A DNA stretch of 64,000 nucleotides. Source: an uncultured Solirubrobacterales bacterium. Lineage in GTDB: Bacteria > Actinomycetota > Thermoleophilia > Solirubrobacterales > 70-9. Position 1 is the first letter of the stretch. Every line of letters begins with the position of its first letter. The notes beneath the pieces were generated by a model. That model was not told the origin of the DNA and ran no database searches. It worked only from the letters and a program-made list of their open reading frames with translations. Where the stretch lies: positions 1,073 through 65,072 of the forward strand of contig CAWHQR010000010.1 in assembly GCA_963831605.1 (NCBI GenBank), written 5' to 3'. Below are positions 14,672 through 23,379 of the stretch, in pieces. The translations under genes and the position numbers were made by a program.

Positions 14672-15826
14672 CTAACGCCTGATCAATGCGATCTTTGTGG
14701 ACCGGGTGTTCAACACGCCACCGTCGGGGGTGTAGGTGATCGTTGGCTTGACGGCGACCCTCCCGGTCCGAATGAGCTTCCTCAGCTTTGCCCCTCTCGC
14801 TCGGATCACCAGCAGCACCGCGGTTTGGGCGCGGCCGGCCGTCACCCGAACGGCCTTCGCAGCCGCGAGTCCGTCGCCGGACAGGGCCAGCTCGCCGGGT
14901 GCGGGGACGGTCACGGGCAGCTGTGCCGTGCCCCGCCGCTGGTTCAGCTTCGGCTTGCCTAGCGTGAACACGTTCGAGGGTGGCGCCGGGGAGGCGGCTG
15001 GCGGAGGCACGTCGACCGCGACTCCACACGGGGCCGTGGCGCCGCTGATGAAGCCCTGATTGGCGCCCGTCCCATCGAGGTTGGCGCGGCCGATCGTCCC
15101 GTCGTCGCCGTTCGCCCAGTAGATGTGCCCGCCGTCCACCGCCACGCCGCATGGGCGGTTCCCGCCGGTGATGAAGCCCTGGTCGGCGCGCGAGCCATCG
15201 AGATTGGCGCGACCGATCGTCCCGTCGTCACCGTTGGCCCAGTAGATGTGCGCGCCGTCGACCGCCACCCCGCAGGGGACGTGGGCGCCGGCGATGAAGC
15301 TCTGGTTCACCCCCGAGCCGTCGAGGTTGGCGCGACCGATCGTGTCGCCCGTCTGGTTGGCCCAGTAGAGATGCGCTCCGTCGACCGCCACTCCGCAGGG
15401 GAAGCTGCCGCCGACGACGAGGCCCTGGTTGACCCCCGAGCCGTCGAGGTTGGCGCGGCCGATCGTCCCGTCGATGAGGTTGGCCCAGAAGACGTGCGCG
15501 CCGTCGACCGCGACCCCGCAGGGATTGTTTCCCGCGCCGATGAAGCCGGGGTTCACGCCGGCGCCGTCGAGGTTGGAGCGGCCGATCGTCCCGTCTCCGC
15601 TGTCGCCCCAGTAGAGGTGCGCTCCGTCGGCCGCCACCCCGCAGGGGTTGGGCCCGGCGGTGATGAAGTTCTGGTTGACCCCGGTCCCGTCGATGTTGGC
15701 GGTCCCGATCGTGGTGCCCTTGTCGTTGGCCCAGTAGATGGAGGCAGCAGCACGCGGGGCGAAGGCCAGGCCGAGAAGGAGGACCGCGGCGAGCAGCAGG
15801 GGCACGGGTGAGCGCGAGCCGATCAT
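14672..15826 (-). CDS. Secreted six-bladed YWTD/LDL-receptor-class-B-like beta-propeller with C-terminal ...PTITYTPDGG... module
   Basis: Signal peptide. Six 41-aa repeats, [IL]YWAN..DGTIGRANLDGSGVNQ.F.....PCGVAVDGAH. C-terminal module shared with 1594..2451. Confidence 0.8.
   Translation of the reverse strand: MIGSRSPVPLLLAAVLLLGLAFAPRAAASIYWANDKGTTIGTANIDGTGVNQNFITAGPNPCGVAADGAHLYWGDSGDGTIGRSNLDGAGVNPGFIGAGNNPCGVAVDGAHVFWANLIDGTIGRANLDGSGVNQGLVVGGSFPCGVAVDGAHLYWANQTGDTIGRANLDGSGVNQSFIAGAHVPCGVAVDGAHIYWANGDDGTIGRANLDGSRADQGFITGGNRPCGVAVDGGHIYWANGDDGTIGRANLDGTGANQGFISGATAPCGVAVDVPPPAASPAPPSNVFTLGKPKLNQRRGTAQLPVTVPAPGELALSGDGLAAAKAVRVTAGRAQTAVLLVIRARGAKLRKLIRTGRVAVKPTITYTPDGGVLNTRSTKIALIRR
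14986..15739 (-). repeat. Six tandem ~123-bp coding repeats (propeller blades)
   Basis: Periodicity visible in protein and DNA (recurring gtcgaccgccaccccgcagggg / ggcgcgaccgatcgtcccgtcgtc strings). Confidence 0.8.
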
Positions 15827-16248
15827 GAGCTCGAGGTGCCGCTGATCGGAGTTCCCTGCGCAGAGACCAGGCGCCAGTTCCCGCCGTCGGCCTGAAAGAC
15901 GTGGGTGTAGCGGCTGGCGAGCTCAGTGGCGGATCCGGCTCCGCCGCAAAAGGAGATCGCGGTACGGCCGACGACGATGCCGGTTTCGGGGCCGGTCAGG
16001 CGGGTCACCGACTCTTCCGGGAACGTCTTGATCTCCTGGAAGATCACGGCGCCGCCTGCGATGGCCAGGAGGAACGCTCCGCGGCGGTGCACGGAGCCGC
16101 TCGCGACATCGACGATCAGGAAGTCCTCGGCCAGCAAAGACTCGAGAGCCGGGATGTCGCCGGCCAGCAGCGCCTGGAAGAAGTCCGAGTCTGCCCGCTG
16201 CAGGCCTTCGATCTGCTGCTGCGTCACGGAACCGTCGGGGAGGCTCAT
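15823..16248 (-). CDS. DUF4440/SnoaL-like NTF2-fold protein
   Basis: MSLPDGSVTQQQIEGLQRADSDFFQALLAGDIPALESLLAEDF... ATG 16248 with GGGAG upstream. 4-nt overlap (ATGA) with 14672..15826. Confidence 0.7.
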   Translation of the reverse strand: MSLPDGSVTQQQIEGLQRADSDFFQALLAGDIPALESLLAEDFLIVDVASGSVHRRGAFLLAIAGGAVIFQEIKTFPEESVTRLTGPETGIVVGRTAISFCGGAGSATELASRYTHVFQADGGNWRLVSAQGTPISGTSSS

Positions 16249-16451
16249 CTCCCGCTCCCTTGGATCTTCGTGCCGAAGGTCAGCGATGCGACATCGACAG
16301 CGGCCAGCTCCAGCTCGTAGCGGGCCATCTCGCGGAGGGTCTCCGGCGGGTGCAGCTTGTCGGCGCCTGACCGCTCGAGGACCGTCGCGAGCTTGTCGGC
16401 GGCCTCGTCGAGGATCTCGGCGACCTCCAGGATTTCCTCTGCGCGTCGCAT
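16245..16451 (-). CDS. Hypothetical small helical protein (68 aa)
   Basis: Tightly packed with both neighbours: 4-nt overlap downstream, 3-nt gap upstream. No recognised domain. Confidence 0.45.
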   Translation of the reverse strand: MRRAEEILEVAEILDEAADKLATVLERSGADKLHPPETLREMARYELELAAVDVASLTFGTKIQGSGR

Positions 16452-16454
16452 CAG

Positions 16455-16682
16455 TCAGTCCTGGCAATCGATCAGGGCGAGCGCCGTTGTGTGCGGCTTG
16501 CACTCGGCCGCGGTCGGTTCGTTGGCGGGCGGCTCGAGCAGCCAGCCGGCCTCGGGCGGATCGGCGAGTACCAGCACGCCTCGGGCGGCGCGCGGAAGCT
16601 CGTAGCGTCCGTTGGTGAATGTCGCGTCTGGTGCGTCTGTTCGCATGGCAGTCAGCATCCGCGCACAGGCGTCACAACGCAT
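16455..16682 (-). CDS. Hypothetical small protein (75 aa; may start at ATG 16646, 63 aa)
   Basis: First gene after operator site A. The annotated ATG lies inside the motif itself, so the start is doubtful. Confidence 0.35.
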   Translation of the reverse strand: MRCDACARMLTAMRTDAPDATFTNGRYELPRAARGVLVLADPPEAGWLLEPPANEPTAAECKPHTTALALIDCQD

Positions 16683-16716
16683 CGGTGACTTCGCCAGTCG
16701 AGATCGCCAGTCACCG
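16679..16716 (-). promoter_or_regulatory. Operator-like motif, copy A (GCATCGGTGACT-TCGCCAGTC-N4-TCGCCAGTC)
   Basis: One of three near-identical ~36-nt copies, all oriented toward the downstream gene. Confidence 0.6.
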
Positions 16717-16750
16717 GGAAAGGTCTCGATCTGCTCGAAGTCGGCCCTGC

Positions 16751-16778
16751 CGCCGCGCTCGCAGGCGCGAGCGCGGCG
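16751..16778 (-). terminator. 12-bp perfect GC hairpin after the His-rich peptide gene
   Basis: cgccgcgctcgc-aggc-gcgagcgcggcg. No U-tract. Confidence 0.5.
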
Positions 16779-16799
16779 ACTAGTGCCGGCGCCGGCCGG

Positions 16800-16985
16800 C
16801 TAGATGCGACCGTCCCCGTCGCTCGGGCCGCCGTTGTTGTCGGCATCGTGGTCGCCGCCGTTGTGCTGCGGGATGCCGTGGTGGTGATGGTGGTGTCCGG
16901 CGATTGCGGCCGGCACGGCCGCGGCTGCGGCGATTCCGAGGACCGCCAGGGCCGCTCCGATTCGGGTCTTGATAGATGAGAGCAT
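16800..16985 (-). CDS. Small secreted His/Asp-rich peptide (61 aa precursor)
   Basis: AAGGAAAGGAG before the ATG. Signal peptide MLSSIKTRIGAALAVLGIAAAAAVPAAIA, then GHHHHHHGIPQHNGGDHDADNNGGPSDGDGRI. Confidence 0.65.
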   Translation of the reverse strand: MLSSIKTRIGAALAVLGIAAAAAVPAAIAGHHHHHHGIPQHNGGDHDADNNGGPSDGDGRI

Positions 16986-17013
16986 CGGAACTCCTTTCCT
17001 TGCTTGATGGGAT

Positions 17014-17640
17014 TCATGTGAGGAAGCTCGATATGGCGTGCTCGATCGCGGGTCCCTGCCCCTGCCACTGCTCGGGCGGCGCCGCGCCGACGATCACCGT
17101 CGTGGCGCTCCGCCCAGCGACGATGCAGGCGATCTCGCGGTAGGGGTGCCCGCTAGACGAGGTGTAGGTGTCGATCACGCAGGAGCCGTGCGCGTGCCGG
17201 AATCGAAGGCTCGTCGCGGAAGCGACGGGCTCCACGTTCACGTCCCCCTCGTCGCGGTTGTGCTCGACCCGGAAGGTGCTCCACGCCGCCAACGTCTCCT
17301 CCCCCTGCTGTGGCGTCGCGTTGAGATACCCGCGGATCTCTCCATCCCCAGCCCGGAGGGCGGCCGTCACAGTGCCGGGGTCAGACCTGATCGCGCGCCA
17401 GCCGGCCGGATAGGCAAGGCTTGCCGCGCCGTCCGGCAGCCGGCTCTGCTGCCAGCCGCCCGGCAGCGGCGAGGGGCGAAGCCAGCCGAACGCCTGCGCC
17501 TGGCTGGCCGCGGGGGGCGACGCACTTCCGCCGTATCCGCCGCAACCGGCGACCGCGAGGGCGATCGTGACGATCGCGGCCGCGACCATCGCCATCAGAA
17601 GCGACTTGCGTGGGGATGCGGTTCCTTGCTTGGTGGACAT
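17014..17640 (-). CDS. Lipoprotein, unknown function
   Basis: Lipobox LAVAGC after a TM-like leader. 28 nt upstream of the His-rich peptide gene. Confidence 0.75.
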   Translation of the reverse strand: MSTKQGTASPRKSLLMAMVAAAIVTIALAVAGCGGYGGSASPPAASQAQAFGWLRPSPLPGGWQQSRLPDGAASLAYPAGWRAIRSDPGTVTAALRAGDGEIRGYLNATPQQGEETLAAWSTFRVEHNRDEGDVNVEPVASATSLRFRHAHGSCVIDTYTSSSGHPYREIACIVAGRSATTVIVGAAPPEQWQGQGPAIEHAISSFLT

Positions 17641-17718
17641 GAGGCTTCCCTCCTCGCGCTTGCGTTCTCGCGATGGCGTGGATTACGGCGATCAGGATCC
17701 GCCCGCAAGGGCGGGAAC

Positions 17719-17754
17719 GCATCAGTGACTTCGCCAGTCGGAGTCGCCGGTCGG
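17719..17754 (-). promoter_or_regulatory. Operator-like motif, copy B (GCATCAGTGACT-TCGCCAGTC-N4-TCGCCGGTC)
   Basis: 78 nt upstream of ATG 17640 and just downstream of the LAL regulator stop. Confidence 0.6.
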
Positions 17755-17781
17755 CGCCCGGCGCCTAAGAGATGGGCCCGC

Positions 17782-20559
17782 CTAGCCCACCACCGCCGCT
17801 TTGTCGGACGGCTCCTGCTCCGGCACATCCATCTGCACCAGCTCCGTCCGCGAGGCGACGCCGAGCTTGCTGAAGACCTTTCGCAGGTGGTAGTCGATGG
17901 TGCGAGGGCTCAAGTAGAGCTGGGCGGCGACCTCGCGGTTGGTCATCCCGGAGGCGACCAAGCCGGCGATCTGCAGCTCCTGAGGCGTGAGCTGGTCGAG
18001 CGTCGAGGGGTCCCGCTCCCTGGCCTTCTCCCCTGTCGCACGGAGCTCCGCTTCGGCGCGCTCCTCCCACGGGGCCGTGCCGACCTGGCGGAAGAGATCG
18101 GCCGCCCTTCGCAGGTGCGGGCGTGCCTCACGCCGCTGGCGCTGGCGCCGGAGCCACTCGCCGTAGAGGAGCTCGGTGCGCGCCATCAGGAATGGCGAGA
18201 CGAACCCGTCCGGCGCCAGCGCCTCCTCGAATTGCTCGCGCACGTCCCCATCCCCCACCAGCGCCCGGCAGCGCGCCAGCACGGACCGGCGGAGCGCGGA
18301 GGGCGAGTACCGCACCCAGCTCTTGTAACGGTCGAATGGCTCCGCCGTCTCGTCGAGCCGCCCGGACCGCGCAGCCGCCTCGATCAGATCCGAGATCGAC
18401 CAAAGCCCGATCAGTGGGTTGAATTCGGGCCGCTCAATTGCCGATAGAGGCAGAAGGCGGTCGGTCGCCTCGTCAGGCCTTCCCAGCGTGAGATCAAGCA
18501 TCCCGAGCATCCATTCGGCGTGGGCAAGGATCAGGGTCCCGCCCCCGATCGCGGCCAGCTGGACTGCCTCGTCGAGATGGCTGCGGGCCGCCGACTCGTC
18601 CCCTCGCAGCGAGTCGAGTAACGCGGTCACGGTCAGGTTCCAACCCGCGCCCGAGCGGTGTCCGAAGTCGCTCGCGAGCCTGATTCCCTCCTCCGCGGCG
18701 GATCGCGCGAGGTTGAAGCGCCCGAGCCCGACCAGCGCGTTCGCCTGCGCCCAGAGCGCCAGCGGGAGCATGCTGAGGAGTCCGCGCTCTCGCGCAATGG
18801 CCACCGCACGACTCGAGTGCGGAAGACCGTCTGCGAAGTTGCCCCCGGTGAGACCCATGGTCGCCAGAAGCGACGCCGTGACCAGAGCGCCCGGATCCTC
18901 GAGCTGCTCGCCGCGCTGAACCGCCTCCCGCACGAGCCTTTCGGCTCGTTCATGGTCGCCGGCCAGCTCCGCCGCCATCCCGGTCAGCGTGGCGATGCGG
19001 AAGCGGTCGAGCTCGTCGTTTGGCTCGATCGCGCTGGCGCGGGCGCCGATGTCAACGCTCAGTGCGGATTCTCCAGCGAAGACCGCCGCCTCATGCGCCT
19101 CGCTCAAGGCGTCGAGCTGGAACGAGGGGCTGTCGCTGGTCTCGGCCGCCTCGACCAGCACGGCGAAGGCGCCGCGAAGATCGCCCGTTCTGGCCTCGAT
19201 CACGCCGCGCAGATAGAGGAGCTCGGCGCGGAGCCCATCCGGCGCGAGCGGGAGAACCCTCGCGATCAAGGCCCGGGCCTGATCCGGCTCGCCGGCCGCC
19301 CAGGCCGCGTGAGCAGCAGCCGCGAGCCTGCGCATCCGGCTGTCATCGCTGCCCGAAAGCTCCGCCGCGCGGGCGAACGCAGTCGCGGCCGAAGCGTGCC
19401 CCGCGCGCGATTCGTATCGACGCGCCGAGGCTTCGAGCGCGGCGGCGACCTCTTCGTCGGCGCTGACGCTCGCGAGCGCCTGGTGCCAAACGCGGCGATC
19501 GGTGTGGTGGTCGGCGCTCAGCGCCGCTGCGAGGGCCGCGTGCCCGGCCCGGCGCTGGCTGTGGGTCGACGACTCCAGCAGGGCGGAGCGCACCAGCGGG
19601 TGCCGAAACTCGACCGCGCCGTCCGCGATCCGGAGGAGCCCGTCGCGCTCGGCGGCATCCAACGCATCGGCTGGCAGGCCTGCTTCCTCCGATGCCCGCA
19701 TCACGGTTGCGACCTCGTCTCGGTCGTCGAGCGCGGCGATCAGCAGAGCGGTCTGCGTCTCGGCGGACAGCCGCTCCACGCGCTGCACGAAGGCCGCCCG
19801 CAATCCGGAGCTCAAAGGGGTCGTCTCGGGGAGGGCGGCGCGACCCTGGAGCTGCTGTGCGCTCAGGCCACTCGGCAACTCGAGCAGAGCGAGAGGGTTT
19901 CCGGCGGCTTGCGCGAGCAGCCACTCGCGCACGGGTCCTGCTGCCGTAGGAGCGCTTGCCTCGAGGAGCCGATCGGCGGCGTCGGCATTGACCCCCTCGA
20001 GCACGACCTCCGGCAGTCCCGGCGTTGCGATCTCACGCCCTGCTCCCTCACGCACGACGAAGAGCATCGCCACCGGCTCGGCCCCGAGTCTGCGCGCGCT
20101 GAAGAGGAGCGCTTCCACCGAGGCGACGTCGAGGAACTGCACGTCGTCGACCAGACATAGGACCGGTTGATCGTCGGCCGCCGCGGCAAGCAGTCTCAGC
20201 GCCGCTGCGCAAACGAGCAACCGATCCGAGCCGCCCGATGGCGCGAATCCGAGAGCCGCCGAGAGCGCATCGGCCTGGGCCCGGGGCAACTCATCGAGCT
20301 TTCCGATGATCGGCCGCAGGAGCCCTTCCAGTCCCGCAAAACCCAAATCCGATTCGGCCTCGACACCGGCGATCCGAAGCACCGTTCGCCCCCGGCTGCG
20401 CTCCGCGGCGTAGCTCAGAAGAGCAGTCTTGCCGATGCCGGGCTCGCCCCGTAGGACGAGCGAGCTGCTCTCTCCGCCGGCCGAGACCTCCAGCAGGCGG
20501 TCGATCGCGGCGCACTCCTCCTCGCGGCCAACCAGTGCGGCGGAGTCGGGTGTCGCCAT
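17782..20559 (-). CDS. LAL-type regulator 1 (N-terminal P-loop ATPase, TPR-like middle, C-terminal LuxR HTH)
   Basis: Walker A GEPGIGKTALL. C-terminus LTPQELQIAGLVASGMTNREVAAQLYLSPRTIDYHLRKVFSKLGVASRTEL. Confidence 0.9.
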   Translation of the reverse strand: MATPDSAALVGREEECAAIDRLLEVSAGGESSSLVLRGEPGIGKTALLSYAAERSRGRTVLRIAGVEAESDLGFAGLEGLLRPIIGKLDELPRAQADALSAALGFAPSGGSDRLLVCAAALRLLAAAADDQPVLCLVDDVQFLDVASVEALLFSARRLGAEPVAMLFVVREGAGREIATPGLPEVVLEGVNADAADRLLEASAPTAAGPVREWLLAQAAGNPLALLELPSGLSAQQLQGRAALPETTPLSSGLRAAFVQRVERLSAETQTALLIAALDDRDEVATVMRASEEAGLPADALDAAERDGLLRIADGAVEFRHPLVRSALLESSTHSQRRAGHAALAAALSADHHTDRRVWHQALASVSADEEVAAALEASARRYESRAGHASAATAFARAAELSGSDDSRMRRLAAAAHAAWAAGEPDQARALIARVLPLAPDGLRAELLYLRGVIEARTGDLRGAFAVLVEAAETSDSPSFQLDALSEAHEAAVFAGESALSVDIGARASAIEPNDELDRFRIATLTGMAAELAGDHERAERLVREAVQRGEQLEDPGALVTASLLATMGLTGGNFADGLPHSSRAVAIARERGLLSMLPLALWAQANALVGLGRFNLARSAAEEGIRLASDFGHRSGAGWNLTVTALLDSLRGDESAARSHLDEAVQLAAIGGGTLILAHAEWMLGMLDLTLGRPDEATDRLLPLSAIERPEFNPLIGLWSISDLIEAAARSGRLDETAEPFDRYKSWVRYSPSALRRSVLARCRALVGDGDVREQFEEALAPDGFVSPFLMARTELLYGEWLRRQRQRREARPHLRRAADLFRQVGTAPWEERAEAELRATGEKARERDPSTLDQLTPQELQIAGLVASGMTNREVAAQLYLSPRTIDYHLRKVFSKLGVASRTELVQMDVPEQEPSDKAAVVG

Positions 20560-20597
20560 CGATCCATCGTAGAACCGAACCGCGGTATGCGTAAGCG

Positions 20598-23345
20598 TCA
20601 GACGGGCTCCGGCTCCGGTACGCCCATCTGCATCAGCTGGGTCCGCGAGGCCACACCGAGCTTGCTGAAGACCTTGCGCAGGTGATAGTCGATCGTCCGC
20701 GGGCTCAGATAGAGCTGCTCGGCGACCTGGCGATTGGTCATCCCGGAGGCGACCAGCCCGGCAATCTGGAGCTCCTGCGGGGTGAGCTCGTCAAGCGTCG
20801 AGGGGTCGCGCTTCCTCGCGGTCTCCCCGGTCGCCCGAAGCTCCACTTCGGCGCGCTCCTCCCAACGCGGTGCGCCGACCTGCCGGAAGAGGTCGGCCGC
20901 CCGGCGCAGGTGAGGCCGTGCCTCACGCCGCGCACGATTGCGCCGCAGCCGCTCGCCGAAGAGCAGCTCGGTGCGGGCCTGCTCGAATGGCGAGAGGCCC
21001 GTGCCGGCCTGCAGCGATGCCTCGAATTGCCCGCGCCATTCTCCTTCGCTCACAACCGCACGGCAGCGCGCCAGCAGGGACAGGCGCGCCGGGCTTGGCG
21101 AATCCTCCACCCACTCCCCATAGCGCTCGAGCCGATCGACGGTCTCCTCAAGCCGCTCGGAGCGTGCCGCCGCCTCGATCAGGTCCGGGATCGACCAGAG
21201 GCCGGTGAGCGGATTCGACTCCGCTCGCTCGCCGTCGCTCACGATCAGCAGGCGGTCAGTCGCCTCGCTGGGTCTGCCCAGCGTCAGCTCGAGCAAGCCG
21301 AGCGCCCACATTGCGAACTCGCCGATCAGCACGGCGCCACCGTTCGCGGCGTGCTTCATGGCCTCGTCGGCGTGGTCGCGCCCCCGCGCCTCGTCTCCCC
21401 GCATCGCGTCGAGCAGCGCGAGGTTGGCCAGGTTCCGGCCGACACCCCAATGGTGTCCGAAGTCGCTGGCGAGCCTGATCCCCTCCTCCGCGGCGGCGTA
21501 GGCGAGCTTGAAGCGGCCATGGTCGGCCAGGGCGGCCGCCTGGTGCCCAAGCGCGACTGGCAGGACGCTGAGCAGCGCCCGTTCCCGCGCAATCGCGACT
21601 GCACGCGCGGCGTGGGGCAGGCCGTCTCTCGGCATGTTTCCGATCGTTGCGGCGCGTGCCGCCCAGATCAGCGCGTACGGATCCTGGAGCTCGACCGCCC
21701 GCTGGCTTGCCTCCAGCAGAAGCGGCGCGGCTCGTTGGTTGTCGCCGGCCAGCTCGGCTGCGATCCCGGTGAGGGCGGCGACTCTGAACCGATCGGTCTC
21801 GCTCCGCGGTTCGATCCGGCCGGCGCTTGCGGCGAGGTTGGCAGCCTGGGCGGAGTCGCCGGCGTACATGGCGGCCTCGCATGCTTCGGTCAACAGCTCG
21901 AGAGTGAGCGACCCGTCCTCGCTGGCTTCCGCCGCCTCGACCAGGATGGGGACGGCACCGCGGGCGTCACCGGTTCCCGCCTCGATAACACCCTGCAGAT
22001 ACAGAAGCCTCGGCCGCACCTCGCCTGTCGCAAGCGGTAGTGCCCGAGCGATCGTCTCTCGAGCACGCTCGGGCTGCCCGGCGGCCCACGCCGCCTCGGC
22101 GGCGGCGGCGAGACGGCCGATTCGGTGGCCGTCATCGGCACTCAATTCGGCCGAGCGAAGGAACGCCGTGGCAGCCGAGGCGTGCCCGCCGCGCGCCTGA
22201 TACCGACGCGCTGATGCCTCCAGCGCGCCGGCGACCTCCTCGTCCGTCGTCAGCGTCGCCAGCGCCTGGTGCCACGCGCGACGGTCGGCGTCGGCGCTGC
22301 CATTCAGCGCCGAAGCCAGCGCCAGGTGTGCGCTTCGCCGCTGGCTGTGCGTCGACGACTCGAGCAGCGCGGAACGCACCAGCGGGTGGCGAAACGCGAT
22401 TCCGCCGTCGACCACGCTGAGGAGACCAGCCTGCTCGGCATGGTCGAGCGCATTCGCGGGTAAACCCGCCTCGCCCGCCGCGCGAACCACCGTGGCCACC
22501 TCGTCGGCGTCGTCGAGCGCCGCAATCAACAACGCGCTGCGTGTCTCGGTGGGCAATTGGTCGATACGCCCCAGGAAGGCGGTCCGTAGTCGCGCGCTCA
22601 GGGGCGTCGCTTCGGGTAGGGCGGCGCGGCCCAGTAGCTGTGAGGCGGACAACCCGTTCGGCAGCTCCAGCAGCGCAAGTGGGTTTCCGGCCGCTTCGGC
22701 AAGCAACCACTCGCGCACAGGATCGGCCGCCGCCGGAGCGCTCACCTTCAGGAGCTGCACGGCGGCTTCCGTGCCCACGCCCTCGACCATCAGCTCGGGC
22801 AGGTCCGGGGCGTTGAAACCTCGGCCAGCGCCTTCCCGGACCGCGAACAGCAGCGACACCGGCTCGGCCCCGAGTCTGCGCGCGCTGAAAACGAGGACCT
22901 CGACCGACTCCGCGTCCAGGAACTGCGCGTCGTCGATCAGACAGAGGAGCGGACGCTCATCCGCGGCGGCGGCGAGCATGCTGAGCGTCGCCGCCGACAC
23001 GAGCAGGCGATCGGCTCCGTGGGAAGGAGCAAGCCCGAGCGCCGCCGAGAGCGCGGCCGCCTGCGTCTCGGGCAGCTCCCCGAGCTTGTCCACGACTGGC
23101 CGTAGCAGCCCGAAGAGACCTCCAAAGCCGAGATCCGATTCCCCCTCAACGCCCGCCGTTCGGAGCACCAGCCCCGCACCGGCGCGTTCGGCTGCATAGC
23201 CGAGCAGAGCCGTCTTGCCGATTCCCGCCTCGCCGCGCAAAACGAGGGAGCTGCTCTCTCCGGCCGCCGAAGCCTCCAGCAGGCGGTCGATCGCGGCGCA
23301 CTCCTGCTCGCGGCCAACCAGCGCGCCGGAGTCGGCTGTCGCCAT
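20598..23345 (-). CDS. LAL-type regulator 2 (tandem paralogue)
   Basis: Start set at MATADSGALVGREQECAAIDRLLE by alignment to regulator 1. Walker A GEAGIGKTALL and the same LuxR HTH. The 5' leaders of both genes also align. Confidence 0.9.
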   Translation of the reverse strand: MATADSGALVGREQECAAIDRLLEASAAGESSSLVLRGEAGIGKTALLGYAAERAGAGLVLRTAGVEGESDLGFGGLFGLLRPVVDKLGELPETQAAALSAALGLAPSHGADRLLVSAATLSMLAAAADERPLLCLIDDAQFLDAESVEVLVFSARRLGAEPVSLLFAVREGAGRGFNAPDLPELMVEGVGTEAAVQLLKVSAPAAADPVREWLLAEAAGNPLALLELPNGLSASQLLGRAALPEATPLSARLRTAFLGRIDQLPTETRSALLIAALDDADEVATVVRAAGEAGLPANALDHAEQAGLLSVVDGGIAFRHPLVRSALLESSTHSQRRSAHLALASALNGSADADRRAWHQALATLTTDEEVAGALEASARRYQARGGHASAATAFLRSAELSADDGHRIGRLAAAAEAAWAAGQPERARETIARALPLATGEVRPRLLYLQGVIEAGTGDARGAVPILVEAAEASEDGSLTLELLTEACEAAMYAGDSAQAANLAASAGRIEPRSETDRFRVAALTGIAAELAGDNQRAAPLLLEASQRAVELQDPYALIWAARAATIGNMPRDGLPHAARAVAIARERALLSVLPVALGHQAAALADHGRFKLAYAAAEEGIRLASDFGHHWGVGRNLANLALLDAMRGDEARGRDHADEAMKHAANGGAVLIGEFAMWALGLLELTLGRPSEATDRLLIVSDGERAESNPLTGLWSIPDLIEAAARSERLEETVDRLERYGEWVEDSPSPARLSLLARCRAVVSEGEWRGQFEASLQAGTGLSPFEQARTELLFGERLRRNRARREARPHLRRAADLFRQVGAPRWEERAEVELRATGETARKRDPSTLDELTPQELQIAGLVASGMTNRQVAEQLYLSPRTIDYHLRKVFSKLGVASRTQLMQMGVPEPEPV

Positions 23346-23379
23346 CGACCCATCGTAAGGCCGAACTGCGGTCTGCATA

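Noticed and set aside
17038-22040. Long ORFs antisense to the two LAL regulator genes (17038-18447, 18658-20160, 20682-22040 and others).
   Set aside because: They are Arg/Pro/Gly-rich with no domains and sit fully inside strongly supported genes on the other strand. This is the typical high-GC antisense artefact.
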